Source: Candidatus Wallbacteria bacterium
GTDB taxonomy: Bacteria > Muiribacteriota > UBA9980
Assembly: GCA_041441465.1 (NCBI GenBank)
Contig: JASDSY010000010.1
Coordinates: 105,883 to 169,882, forward strand
DNA length: 64,000 nucleotides
Direction: 5' to 3'
Part shown: positions 8,645 through 17,779 of the stretch, piece by piece
Position numbering within the stretch: position 1 is the first letter of the stretch
Layout: every line of letters starts with the position of its first letter
Made by a program: the position numbers and the translations under genes
Notes under the pieces: generated by a model
What the model saw: only the letters and a program-made list of their open reading frames with translations
Databases searched by the model: none
What the model was told of the DNA's origin: nothing

Positions 8645-8676
8645 AGATGCAATTTAAAAATCTGGAGGCATAATCA

Positions 8677-9177
8677 ATGGATTTTATAAAAAAAAGAACT
8701 AAAAATATATTAATAAGCATCATTGCGTTTTTACTTGTAAGTCCGGGTTTTATCGCCGATTATTTGTTTGCGCAAAATAATTTAGTCAATGAAAAAACGG
8801 AAGAAGTAAAGGCAAATAAAATGCCGCTGCCGGAACCGCCGGTTTACGGAATGCCGCCGACGCGTTTTGATCATAACATGCCGGGCCGCAATATTTCGGT
8901 TATAAGCGCCAGGCCGAAAGTCAAAAAGAGCTTTTCAGGAATAATAGTATCCGCCGGCTCAGAAACACCTCTTCCAGGAATGATATTAGAAATACAACAG
9001 CTCAACTCCAGGACAATTACGAGTAAAACCGGAGCTTTCAAATTTCAGGAGCTTTACGCCGAAAAAGATTCGGATAAATTTATCATGACAATAACCAACT
9101 CAGAAGACAGAAGCATTTGCCGGACGATGGAAATAGAGTTAACTAAAAGCGGCAGTACTATTGAAGTTTCATTATAA
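8677..9177 (+). CDS. small secreted protein, paralog 1, with C-terminal carboxypeptidase-regulatory-like beta-sandwich motif
   Basis: 166 aa; signal peptide KNILISIIAFLLVSPGF; C-terminal GIIVSAGSETPLPGMILEI...TGAFKF pattern; ends KSGSTIEVSL. Confidence 0.6.
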   Translation: MDFIKKRTKNILISIIAFLLVSPGFIADYLFAQNNLVNEKTEEVKANKMPLPEPPVYGMPPTRFDHNMPGRNISVISARPKVKKSFSGIIVSAGSETPLPGMILEIQQLNSRTITSKTGAFKFQELYAEKDSDKFIMTITNSEDRSICRTMEIELTKSGSTIEVSL

Positions 9178-9223
9178 TATCAGAATTCAAGTATTTTTAA
9201 TTAAATTGAAAACAATAAAAATA

Positions 9224-9252
9224 TTGACTGACACCGATAATTGTAATATAAT
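9224..9252 (+). promoter_or_regulatory. consensus sigma70-type promoter TTGACT-N17-TATAAT for paralog 2
   Basis: -35 ttgact 9224-9229, 17-nt spacer, -10 tataat 9247-9252; ggagg RBS at 9284-9288. Confidence 0.6.
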
Positions 9253-9293
9253 GATTTTTAAAACAAAGCATTATGAAAAATTCGGAGGAAATC

Positions 9294-9749
9294 ATGATAG
9301 AATTTATAAAGATAAAAGCTAAAAATATGTTAATAAGCATTATAGCGTTTTTACTTGTAAGCCCGTGTTTACTGACCGATTATTTATTCGCCGGCGATTC
9401 GGCTTTAAAGGAAAAAGTAAATATGGCAAACGAAGATATGGCAGCCACTAAATATGGCGGCCCGGCAATGAATTTTGACGAAGATATAATATTGGAAAAA
9501 CTTGTAGAATTATTCGGCGTGGTTACATCAAAGGAAACGAAAAAACCTGTCGAAGGCATTATTATAAAAATCCAGGATTCAAAAGCAAAAGCTGTAACCG
9601 GTAAAGACGGCATGTTTAAATTCCCTCCATGCCCGCCCAGATTAAAAAAAGTTACACTGGAAGTAAAAGACGCCAAAGACGAAAAACTTCTGCAGACCAA
9701 AGAAGTGGAGCTTAAAAATGCCGGCTCTACAATCGAAATTTCACTTTAA
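9294..9749 (+). CDS. small secreted protein, paralog 2 (start moved to RBS-supported ATG)
   Basis: ORF track starts at 9273, but ggagg sits 6 nt upstream of the ATG at 9294, giving MIEFIKIKAKNMLISIIAFLLVSP parallel to paralog 1; ends NAGSTIEISL. Confidence 0.6.
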   Translation: MIEFIKIKAKNMLISIIAFLLVSPCLLTDYLFAGDSALKEKVNMANEDMAATKYGGPAMNFDEDIILEKLVELFGVVTSKETKKPVEGIIIKIQDSKAKAVTGKDGMFKFPPCPPRLKKVTLEVKDAKDEKLLQTKEVELKNAGSTIEISL

Positions 9750-9887
9750 TCCCAAATAATTAAATAAATAATAATACTTCATAAAAGTTATTTTTTAATA
9801 AATATTCCACATTATCAAAATTAATGAAAATTTAAAAACGGCTGTTTCATTACAAAAAATTTATAAATACAAACATCATAATAAAAT

Positions 9888-9924
9888 AAAAATCCGCCCG
9901 GTAAAAATTTCGAGCGGATTTTTA
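9888..9924. terminator. bidirectional terminator hairpin between convergent genes
   Basis: 10-bp stem aaaaatccgc / gcggattttt with A-run before and T-run after. Confidence 0.55.
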
Positions 9925-10002
9925 TTTTTATTCAACCCTAAAATATAACAGACGAATAAGGTATTTTCAGGTTAATACAGAAATATTTTTATTTCCTATT
10001 TC

Positions 10003-11418
10003 CTATTTCTTATTTTCTATAATGCCGTATGCCGCTTTTATAATATCATTGAGCCTGTCCGGAAATACTTTATATAGTTTTTTAGGCTCGTCGCATTTGA
10101 CATAATTAGCTTTATCGAAATCCCGCGGAATAATGAACATCGCTTCGTCTGTGCCGCCTGAAAACGTGCCAAGCCTTATTTCCATTGTCGCAGGAGAAAA
10201 TTTAGAGAGCAATTCGGCATTAGTGGTGTCGCGGTCTATAGACTGCAGCATGCAATTAGCTATAAGCTGAGTCAAATTTTCAACTTTCGCCTTATCTATT
10301 ACCGCCTCTAAAGTCGAATCGCCGACACGAGTTATTTTCCAGTCGCTATTCGTCTTTTTTACCTCGACCGATACGGTGCCGGCCGGAATAAGTCTGACGC
10401 TGTTAACTTCCGAAGCCGCAAAATCATTAGTCAACTTAGGCATAAAATCCATGGCCGATTTTTTTAATTCGGCCTTAAAATCCCTGTCAAGCATAAGGAT
10501 TTCTTTTTTATAATTGGATTTAACCGCTATGAGGTTTTCAGACGTGCTGTCACGGCCGACATTAATTACCGTCATTACCTCGGCGGTTGCGCCGGTACTG
10601 AGTTTTAATATTATTTCAGCCGATGTTTCGCTTACCAGATTATTTTTATACGAAGCATCGGTCTCGTCTATAATTTTTTTTGCGGAAGCGGCCTGTATTT
10701 TATTAATGATCTCGTTAATCATCTTAGTATCGCAGCGGCCGTTCTCCGGCGATTCCATGCTCCATATCCCGGCTTTATTCGTAAAAGAATATTTTTCTTC
10801 GGCCGTCGTGCCGGGATATGAAATTTCAAAATGCTTTATGTTTGCCGGAATAAAAGAAGCGATTTTTTTATCGCGGAATTCAAAAAGGTTTTTATTCGCG
10901 TCATTGTAAAGCCCCGACTCAACCAGAAATATATCTTTGCTTTCAGGAAATTTCACGTAGCATAATTCGCCGGACGGATTTTTGTTTCCATAACAAAAAG
11001 TAATTTCGGCGCTTTCAGCCTTCAAAGTAACCTTTATCTCATTGGTCCCAAAGCCGAAATCCGCCATGTTAGATATCTGATCGGCCGTAATTTTAGAATC
11101 GATTCTGGCGAGCTTGATTTTATTCGTCATTTCATTGACAGCGCTCTGATCTAAAAGCGCATCAAGCGGTTTTTCAAGCATCCATTCTTTCTTTTCGTTT
11201 TTCTTTGAAAAAACAATTTCAGTCAAAGCGCCGCCGGATTTTGTATAATCAGGCTTCTGGATTTTCAGATGAGTCAGTCCTTCAAAGTTAAAGTTAGCCG
11301 CCAATTGTGCTTTCTTGCTTTCCTCGGTTTCAACCGGCGCCTGCCTGAGATTATTCGCGTAGAACCCGAGCGCGATAAGAACAATAAGAGCGACAATAGT
11401 TTTTATATATTGATTCAT
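10003..11418 (-). CDS. DUF4340-like protein (GldG-associated)
   Basis: 471 aa; N-terminal membrane anchor IVALIVLIALGFYA; last gene of the ABC/GldG operon, the usual position for this family. Confidence 0.5.
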   Translation of the reverse strand: MNQYIKTIVALIVLIALGFYANNLRQAPVETEESKKAQLAANFNFEGLTHLKIQKPDYTKSGGALTEIVFSKKNEKKEWMLEKPLDALLDQSAVNEMTNKIKLARIDSKITADQISNMADFGFGTNEIKVTLKAESAEITFCYGNKNPSGELCYVKFPESKDIFLVESGLYNDANKNLFEFRDKKIASFIPANIKHFEISYPGTTAEEKYSFTNKAGIWSMESPENGRCDTKMINEIINKIQAASAKKIIDETDASYKNNLVSETSAEIILKLSTGATAEVMTVINVGRDSTSENLIAVKSNYKKEILMLDRDFKAELKKSAMDFMPKLTNDFAASEVNSVRLIPAGTVSVEVKKTNSDWKITRVGDSTLEAVIDKAKVENLTQLIANCMLQSIDRDTTNAELLSKFSPATMEIRLGTFSGGTDEAMFIIPRDFDKANYVKCDEPKKLYKVFPDRLNDIIKAAYGIIENKK

Positions 11419-11440
11419 AAAGTATCACTCCCGTAAAAAT

Positions 11441-13090
11441 TTATGACCTGTAATACCACACGGTAAATCCTGTCAATATAACGATACCAGGCACCAAGAG
11501 TATAACTATAAACCATACGTTATTGGCCGCTTTCTGATTGAAATCGAGCGTAAACGGCACCGGCGCCTTAGGCGTAACCGCTATGAGATCTTCGATATCG
11601 GCCAGGTAACTGAACATATTCAGCGCAAGATTAAAATTTCCCTGTAATCCTATAAATTCGTTACGCATAAAATTCGAAGTGCCGGCCGCAATAATGCGCA
11701 TTTCTTTTTGTTTGGAACGACGGCCGTTAGCGTCGGATACGATCGCGTTTTCACCGGTGCCTGAATGTATTTCAGCGTTAGCGACAGTTTTTGAAACCGC
11801 TGTTACGACAGTTATCGGCCCTTTTATATCGCGGTCAGAATCAAATTTCACGTTTTTATCGGTCAGATAAGTCGTATCAGCAAACGAGTCAGGGCTGGTC
11901 TGAACAAGCGCAGCCGCAGTCATGCCCGGCGGCATATTTTTAACGGAATTCACGGCCCTGGCAAGCGGATAAAAAGTAGCCATATTAAAACCTTTTACCA
12001 CAGGATGGTCACTGTTATAAATCATTCCGAGCGGCATGGTATAATCGCCGAGTCCGAGCATCTTCAATGCCGGTTTCATATCTATTATAATGTTTTTACC
12101 GGGCTCGATTCCGTATTTTGAAAGCAGCCTTTCCATGCTGGCCGAAGGCGCCTGCGGCGGGAAATTCACGTCAACTAAAAAGAGCGCATGACCGCCGTTA
12201 TCAAGATATTTAGAGATCATCGCTTCCTCAGTTTCCATAAGCTCAATCTGCGGTCCTGCAATTACGAGCGCGCTGCAATTGCCCGGCACTTCCTGGCGCT
12301 GAAGCAGGTTGAGTTTTTGCAGCTCGAAATTCTTGTTAGCCAATTCCTGCTTCATAAGGCTCATGCCGCGTTTATCATCCGAATTAATGTCGGCTTCGTT
12401 ATGCCCCTCAAGAAAATATATGACGTTTTTTTCCTTCGAAGTAGCCCTTATTATAGCGTTAGTCAATTCCTGCTCGCCGAAAAAATTCTCGAGTTTTTCC
12501 GTTTTGCCTTCATATTTAACGACAGTGATGCCGTCGCGAGTTATGTTAAATTCCTTGGCGAGAAGCGGTTTTTTGTTCATATCCACAAATTCATACTTGA
12601 ACTTCGGGTTGTTATATGAATACTGCTTCATAAGATCGGAAAAATGCCTTCTGACTTCAGGAATATCACGATAGAAAAGATAAACGTTGATATCGCTTTT
12701 AAGCCTCGCTATCGCCTTGACCGACTGCTCGGCCAGCGAATATCTTTTATTCGACGTCATATCCCACTGCTTCGTATCGCGCCCCGCAATAAAATTAAGA
12801 AGCACGACTATAGCTATTATAATAGCGCCATAAATCAACGCGTTAGTCGAATATTTAAATGAACGTGTCCTCATTTTATTAGCGATATAATTGAAATTAT
12901 AAATCGTGATACCGAGCGCCATGATAAGGCCGGCTGCAGCCAGGGCCGCCGGAACCGTTGTCGATTCAGCCATAAAATATCCGAAGAAACCTGAAAAAAT
13001 AAGCAGCGCGGTTAATATTTTCAAAGTTGCCATTAATTTAGTGTTGTTATCGCCGTTAGAGTTTTTTATTTCACGAATATCGTTATTCAT
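11441..13090 (-). CDS. GldG-like ABC transporter auxiliary component
   Basis: 549 aa; N- and C-terminal TM segments (C-terminal VWFIVILLVPGIVILTGF); sits between an ABC-2 permease and the DUF4340-like gene. Confidence 0.55.
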   Translation of the reverse strand: MNNDIREIKNSNGDNNTKLMATLKILTALLIFSGFFGYFMAESTTVPAALAAAGLIMALGITIYNFNYIANKMRTRSFKYSTNALIYGAIIIAIVVLLNFIAGRDTKQWDMTSNKRYSLAEQSVKAIARLKSDINVYLFYRDIPEVRRHFSDLMKQYSYNNPKFKYEFVDMNKKPLLAKEFNITRDGITVVKYEGKTEKLENFFGEQELTNAIIRATSKEKNVIYFLEGHNEADINSDDKRGMSLMKQELANKNFELQKLNLLQRQEVPGNCSALVIAGPQIELMETEEAMISKYLDNGGHALFLVDVNFPPQAPSASMERLLSKYGIEPGKNIIIDMKPALKMLGLGDYTMPLGMIYNSDHPVVKGFNMATFYPLARAVNSVKNMPPGMTAAALVQTSPDSFADTTYLTDKNVKFDSDRDIKGPITVVTAVSKTVANAEIHSGTGENAIVSDANGRRSKQKEMRIIAAGTSNFMRNEFIGLQGNFNLALNMFSYLADIEDLIAVTPKAPVPFTLDFNQKAANNVWFIVILLVPGIVILTGFTVWYYRS

Positions 13091-13093
13091 TTA

Positions 13094-13879
13094 TTACAGC
13101 CTCCATTTCGTCGATTCTAATGAAAGTGAGGTTAAGAAAAGCCCTATAAAGGTAAAACTTAAATAATACATCATATCTTTCGAGTCAATTACGCCTTTCG
13201 CGAATGTCTCAAAATGTTCCATAATCGAAATCGACTTTAAAAATTCGCCAAGAACGCCTTCTGCGCTATACGATGCCCAGCCTATCACCCAGAATAAAAG
13301 CAGTACGCCGAAGCCAAGGACTGCCGAAACCACCTGATTTTTGCTTAATGTAGAGGTGAAATTTCCGACTGCGGCAAAAGCCATACCTATAAGAAACAAT
13401 CCGAAGTATGACGTAAATAGCGGCCCTGTTTCGACATTTCCATATACGTATAAAATCGCCGGATAGGTAAAGGTAAGAGCCAGCATCAACGCAAAAACGC
13501 CGACCGACGCGAAAAATTTTCCAAGCACGATAGAAATATGAGAAACCGGAGAAGTGAGCAAAAGCTCGATAGTTCCGGTCTTAAACTCTTCCGAATATAA
13601 CCGCATTGTAAGAAGCGGCATTATAAGAAGTATGACGACGCTGGCGTTATATACAAGCGGCCTCAAAACGGCGTCGGCGATATTGATTTTCGATAATTGC
13701 TCCATCGCCTGCGGATTGCCGGATGTCTTCATGTAATTGACGTAATTTGCGAATGAAACAATGCCCATATAGAAAAAATAACCTGTCAGTATCAAATATA
13801 CGGCTATTATCATATAAGCGATTGGCGAAGTGAAAAAAAGCGACATTTCTTTTTTAAAAATCGACCATGTATTACGCAT
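13094..13879 (-). CDS. ABC-2 family permease (GldF-like)
   Basis: 261 aa polytopic membrane protein; overlaps the ATPase gene by 8 nt. Confidence 0.6.
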   Translation of the reverse strand: MRNTWSIFKKEMSLFFTSPIAYMIIAVYLILTGYFFYMGIVSFANYVNYMKTSGNPQAMEQLSKINIADAVLRPLVYNASVVILLIMPLLTMRLYSEEFKTGTIELLLTSPVSHISIVLGKFFASVGVFALMLALTFTYPAILYVYGNVETGPLFTSYFGLFLIGMAFAAVGNFTSTLSKNQVVSAVLGFGVLLLFWVIGWASYSAEGVLGEFLKSISIMEHFETFAKGVIDSKDMMYYLSFTFIGLFLTSLSLESTKWRL

Positions 13880-14831
13880 TTACCGATTCCTCCTTGGTTA
13901 TAAGCTTAAGGAAAATATCCTCGAGGGAAGTTTCCTGCGTGCGGAGCTCGTGTATGTTAAGCTTTATTTCCAAGAGCCTTGCTGCCGCAAGCGGAGCGAT
14001 TTCAAAATTAGCGGAAGTTTCAATCAATATTTTTCTGGCGTTTTTATGAATCTCATCGTTTATTATATTAACGGATTTTATTCCGGTGATAGGTTCGAGC
14101 GAAGTTTTGATTTGTTCACCTGTCGCCTCACCCGTTATCGTTATTTCCATACGTTCATCTTTCGAAACGGCTTTCGTAAGGTTTGCGGTAGCGTCTTCGG
14201 CAATTATCCGGCCGTGATTTATTATGACGACACGCGAGCATGTTATAGACACCTCAGGCAGAATATGTGTCGAAAGTATAACGGTATGGGCGTCCTTTAA
14301 ATTTTTAATAAGCGTCCTGACCTCGTTTATCTGGAGCGGATCGAGGCCTACCGTCGGTTCGTCAAGTATCAGAAGTTTTGGATTATGAACCAGCGCCTGC
14401 GCCAGTCCAACCCTTTGCTGATACCCTTTCGAAAGATGCCCTATCAACTTGCCGGCCACATTAGAAATATTTGTTTTTTCCATGGCAAGTTCAACAGCCT
14501 TATTAATTTCACGAACAGGAATGCCCTTAATTTCTCCGACGAATTTCAGGTACGAACGCACGCTCATCTCCGGATAGACCGGCGGTTTTTCCGGTAGATA
14601 ACCTATAAGGCGTTTGGCATTTATGGCGTCATCGTAAATATCGTGGCCGTCAACTTTGACAGTGCCGGCCGTCGCCGAAAGAAAACCGGTAATAATGCGC
14701 ATCGTAGTAGTTTTACCGGCGGCATTCGGCCCAAGAAAACCCATGATTTCACCCTGTTTGACATTAAACGTAACATTCGAAATCGCAGTGAAATCGCCAT
14801 AGTTTTTCGTAAGATTTTGAACTTCGATCAA
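13872..14831 (-). CDS. ABC transporter ATP-binding protein (GldA-like)
   Basis: 319 aa; Walker A GPNAAGKTT, ABC signature LSKGYQQR, Walker B LLILDEPTVGLD. Confidence 0.8.
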   Translation of the reverse strand: MIEVQNLTKNYGDFTAISNVTFNVKQGEIMGFLGPNAAGKTTTMRIITGFLSATAGTVKVDGHDIYDDAINAKRLIGYLPEKPPVYPEMSVRSYLKFVGEIKGIPVREINKAVELAMEKTNISNVAGKLIGHLSKGYQQRVGLAQALVHNPKLLILDEPTVGLDPLQINEVRTLIKNLKDAHTVILSTHILPEVSITCSRVVIINHGRIIAEDATANLTKAVSKDERMEITITGEATGEQIKTSLEPITGIKSVNIINDEIHKNARKILIETSANFEIAPLAAARLLEIKLNIHELRTQETSLEDIFLKLITKEESVNA

Positions 14832-15188
14832 TTGCGGTTCCTCCCCGTTATTAAAATTAAAAATTAAATGTAAAAATCCGGACTTTTTTCAGCCCGGCTG
14901 ACCTTATAACATACCCAGGATTAACCAAGCGCATTAAGTAACTCAATTTTCAAACTTAGTCGCACCTGAATATTTTTTTAATTGAAACTTTAACAAATAT
15001 AAGACCTTAAAGAGCCAATAAGTTTATAAAAAGATTTTGCATGGAATAATTTTATATCATAATTTTTTTTTGTTGTCAAATATTTCATTGTTAAATTTAT
15101 AGTCTTGAATATTTTCCTTTTATTTGATAGAATAGACATTTTATAACTTAACGGCAATATGACTTTATAAGGAAAATTTGCAGAAATT

Positions 15189-17588
15189 ATGCGCAATTTT
15201 ATTAACGAACTTCTAAGAATAATAGAATCGAACAAGTTAAATGTTAACTCAGAAGAGCTGTCAACCCAGCTCAAGCTTGTTATAAGCGAATACAACAAAA
15301 GCATTGAGTACTTAAAATTCTATGAAAGTATTATCCATTCACAAACGGAGATGATCTGCCGTTATCTGCCGGACCTCACACTTACGTTCGTAAATGACGC
15401 TTACTGTCACGCTCGCTGCCAGAAACGCGAGCAGCTTTTGGGCAAGAAAATAACGGACTTTATAGATGAAGACTGCCGCGAAAAATTTATCGAATATGTC
15501 GAGCATTTCGGGAAATTCAGAATTTCTAATTCCATAGAGCAAAAAATAACATTAGATAACGGCGTTACTAAATGGGAACTCTGGGGAGACAACGCGGTAT
15601 TTGACGAATATGGGCGCATAGTGGAATTTCAGGCCGTCGGGCGCGACATAACCGAGCAGAAAAACACTGAAATCGAACTTGAAAAATCCAGGGCCCGCCT
15701 CAACTCAATCTTTAACAACAATTTTTTATCGATAATACTCATTAACAAAGATTTAAAAATTTGTGAATTCAACAGAATCGCTGAAGAAAGAATTAAAAGG
15801 TTATACGGCCTTTCGATAAAAATGGAAAGCAATTTTTACGATTATGTGCCGGCCGAGCTTGTAAATTTTTATGATGAAGTTTTAAAAAACGTATTTAAAG
15901 GCGATAATGTCATATTTGAAATGCATATAAACGATACCGCCGGAAATAAAACATACTGGTTTACCAATAACATTCCAATCCATAATGCCGACGGCACGAT
16001 ATTCGGAGCATGCCTGACATCCATCGAAACCACTAAATTTAAAGAATTCGAAAGCCAGTATAAATTATTCGAAGAAAACGTTAAACAAATGTTGAGTAAC
16101 TCCAACCAGGCTTTTATTGTCGTCGGGTTAGACAATAAAATAAAAGTGTTCAACGAATCGGCAAACGACATATCGCTCAAGGTAATCGGCCGGTCGCTTC
16201 AAACCGAAACGCTGCTTATCGAGCTCATACCGGAAAAAAAGATAAAAATAATAACCGAAATGCTGTTAAACGTTAAAGACGGCAAATTTAAAAGCGCCGA
16301 AGCCGAATTCAAAGACTTGTCCGGCCAAAAATATTGGTGGAACTTTAATTTTTCGCCTATCTTCGATTCGGAAGGTAAAATAAACAGCATCTTTATTTCA
16401 ATAATAGACATAACTGAAAAAAAAATGCTTGAGCAGGAGCTTGTCAAATTAAACTCCGAGCTTGAACTAAGGGTTACAGAACGCACCGCCGAACTTGAAA
16501 ATGCCAATAAAAAGCTGCGCGCCGAAATCATGCTCCGCGAAAAAGCCGAAAAAGAAGTTGTAGCCGTTAAGAATGAACTAATTAAAAAATATTCATTTTA
16601 TGACCTTGTAGGAAAAAGCCCGCAAATGCAAGGCATAATGGATATGCTTAACGTAATATCTGAAAATGACTGCAACATTTTAATTGAAGGGCCGTCCGGC
16701 ACCGGAAAGAGCCTTATCGCTAAAATAATTCATAATTTATACGACCCGGATAATAAAAAACCTTTTATAGTTTTAAACTGCGGAGCTTTTCCTGAAACGC
16801 TCCTCGAATCAGAATTATTCGGCTATGTCAAAGGCGCATTCACAGGCGCTAATCGTGATAAAGCCGGAAAATTCGAGGCCGCTAACGGCGGTACAATATT
16901 TTTGGATGAAATAGCCGAAATGCCGATTCAGCTTCAGGTAAAATTATTACGCGTTATCGAAGATAAATGCTTCGAACCGCTCGGATCGAACGTTACCTGC
17001 CGCGTAAACGCCAAAATAATAGCAGCCACCAATAAAGACATTCCGGAACTTATAAAACAGAATAAATTCCGGCTCGACTTATATTACCGGCTGAAAGTGG
17101 CAAATATAAAAATACCTTCGTTATCTGAAAGACGCGAAGATATTGATCTTTTAATCGATTACTTTATCGTAAAATTTAACGATAAATATAAAAAAAATAT
17201 AAAGGGCCTTTCAAAAGAAGTATATGAGTTTTTTATGATATATGATTTTCCCGGCAATATCAGGGAACTTGAAAATATTTTCAACGCGTCCTTTATATTT
17301 TGTAACGGCGATTACATTAACTCCAGACACATTCCAGCGGAATACAGGCAAATTATCGATGAAAAAATGCTCGAAGATAAAAATTATCATGCAGGCGGCA
17401 TTGAAACTATATCAGTCGACGAATCGCCTTTCAATTACGAAAATATCACTACAATTGACCTTAGCGAAAAACAATGCATTTTAGAAACCCTGAAACAATT
17501 TAACTTCAACCGCACGCTCGCAGCGCAGCGACTAAAAATCGACCGAACAACATTATGGCGAAAAATGAAAAAATATAATCTTCTATAA
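15189..17588 (+). CDS. sigma54-dependent transcriptional activator with N-terminal PAS-type sensor region, no receiver domain
   Basis: 799 aa; AAA+ Walker A GPSGTGKS, GAFTGA motif (YVKGAFTGANRDK), C-terminal Fis-type HTH (AAQRLKIDRTTLWRKM). Confidence 0.8.
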   Translation: MRNFINELLRIIESNKLNVNSEELSTQLKLVISEYNKSIEYLKFYESIIHSQTEMICRYLPDLTLTFVNDAYCHARCQKREQLLGKKITDFIDEDCREKFIEYVEHFGKFRISNSIEQKITLDNGVTKWELWGDNAVFDEYGRIVEFQAVGRDITEQKNTEIELEKSRARLNSIFNNNFLSIILINKDLKICEFNRIAEERIKRLYGLSIKMESNFYDYVPAELVNFYDEVLKNVFKGDNVIFEMHINDTAGNKTYWFTNNIPIHNADGTIFGACLTSIETTKFKEFESQYKLFEENVKQMLSNSNQAFIVVGLDNKIKVFNESANDISLKVIGRSLQTETLLIELIPEKKIKIITEMLLNVKDGKFKSAEAEFKDLSGQKYWWNFNFSPIFDSEGKINSIFISIIDITEKKMLEQELVKLNSELELRVTERTAELENANKKLRAEIMLREKAEKEVVAVKNELIKKYSFYDLVGKSPQMQGIMDMLNVISENDCNILIEGPSGTGKSLIAKIIHNLYDPDNKKPFIVLNCGAFPETLLESELFGYVKGAFTGANRDKAGKFEAANGGTIFLDEIAEMPIQLQVKLLRVIEDKCFEPLGSNVTCRVNAKIIAATNKDIPELIKQNKFRLDLYYRLKVANIKIPSLSERREDIDLLIDYFIVKFNDKYKKNIKGLSKEVYEFFMIYDFPGNIRELENIFNASFIFCNGDYINSRHIPAEYRQIIDEKMLEDKNYHAGGIETISVDESPFNYENITTIDLSEKQCILETLKQFNFNRTLAAQRLKIDRTTLWRKMKKYNLL

Positions 17589-17632
17589 TTTATTTAGTTT
17601 TAAGAATTTCAGGCATAAACTAAATACATTTC

Positions 17633-17663
17633 ATGTTGCAATATGTTGCATTTTAAATGTTGC
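17633..17663 (+). promoter_or_regulatory. three direct repeats of ATGTTGC, candidate activator binding site
   Basis: atgttgc at 17633, 17643 and 17657, lying 60-90 nt upstream of a sigma54-like element. Confidence 0.3.
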
Positions 17664-17724
17664 TTTTAAAAAAAAGCGACATTTTTTTTATTTTAAAAGC
17701 ATATTTTATAACCCTTTTTAAACA

Positions 17725-17740
17725 TGGCACAAAAATTGTC
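17725..17740 (+). promoter_or_regulatory. sigma54-like -24/-12 element TGGCAC-N5-TTGTC (non-canonical -12)
   Basis: tggcacaaaaattgtc; -24 GG present, -12 reads GT instead of GC; about 40 nt upstream of the proposed cheA start. Confidence 0.25.
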
Positions 17741-17779
17741 CTTATATTTCTTACGAAAAGAAAAGGTCTGGTGATAAAT

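Noticed and set aside
9986-10020. Short tandem TTTCCTA-like repeats at the 3' end of the DUF4340-like gene, as a possible CRISPR or VNTR
   Set aside because: Only about four imperfect 7-nt units overlapping a stop codon; no spacers and no repeat-spacer periodicity. AT-rich slippage-type sequence.
14861-14930. Possible third copy of the structured element in the ABC/sigma54-activator divergent region
   Set aside because: Shares only short strings (aaaaatccgg, ttttttcag) in a different order and lacks the closing helix and CCCTGCAAAAAT block.
17657-17779. ORF-track start of cheA at 17657
   Set aside because: It adds a 41-residue hydrophobic, Lys-rich extension and places the start codon inside the direct repeats and sigma54-like element. 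The ATG at 17780 is preferred, although its RBS is weak, so this remains uncertain.
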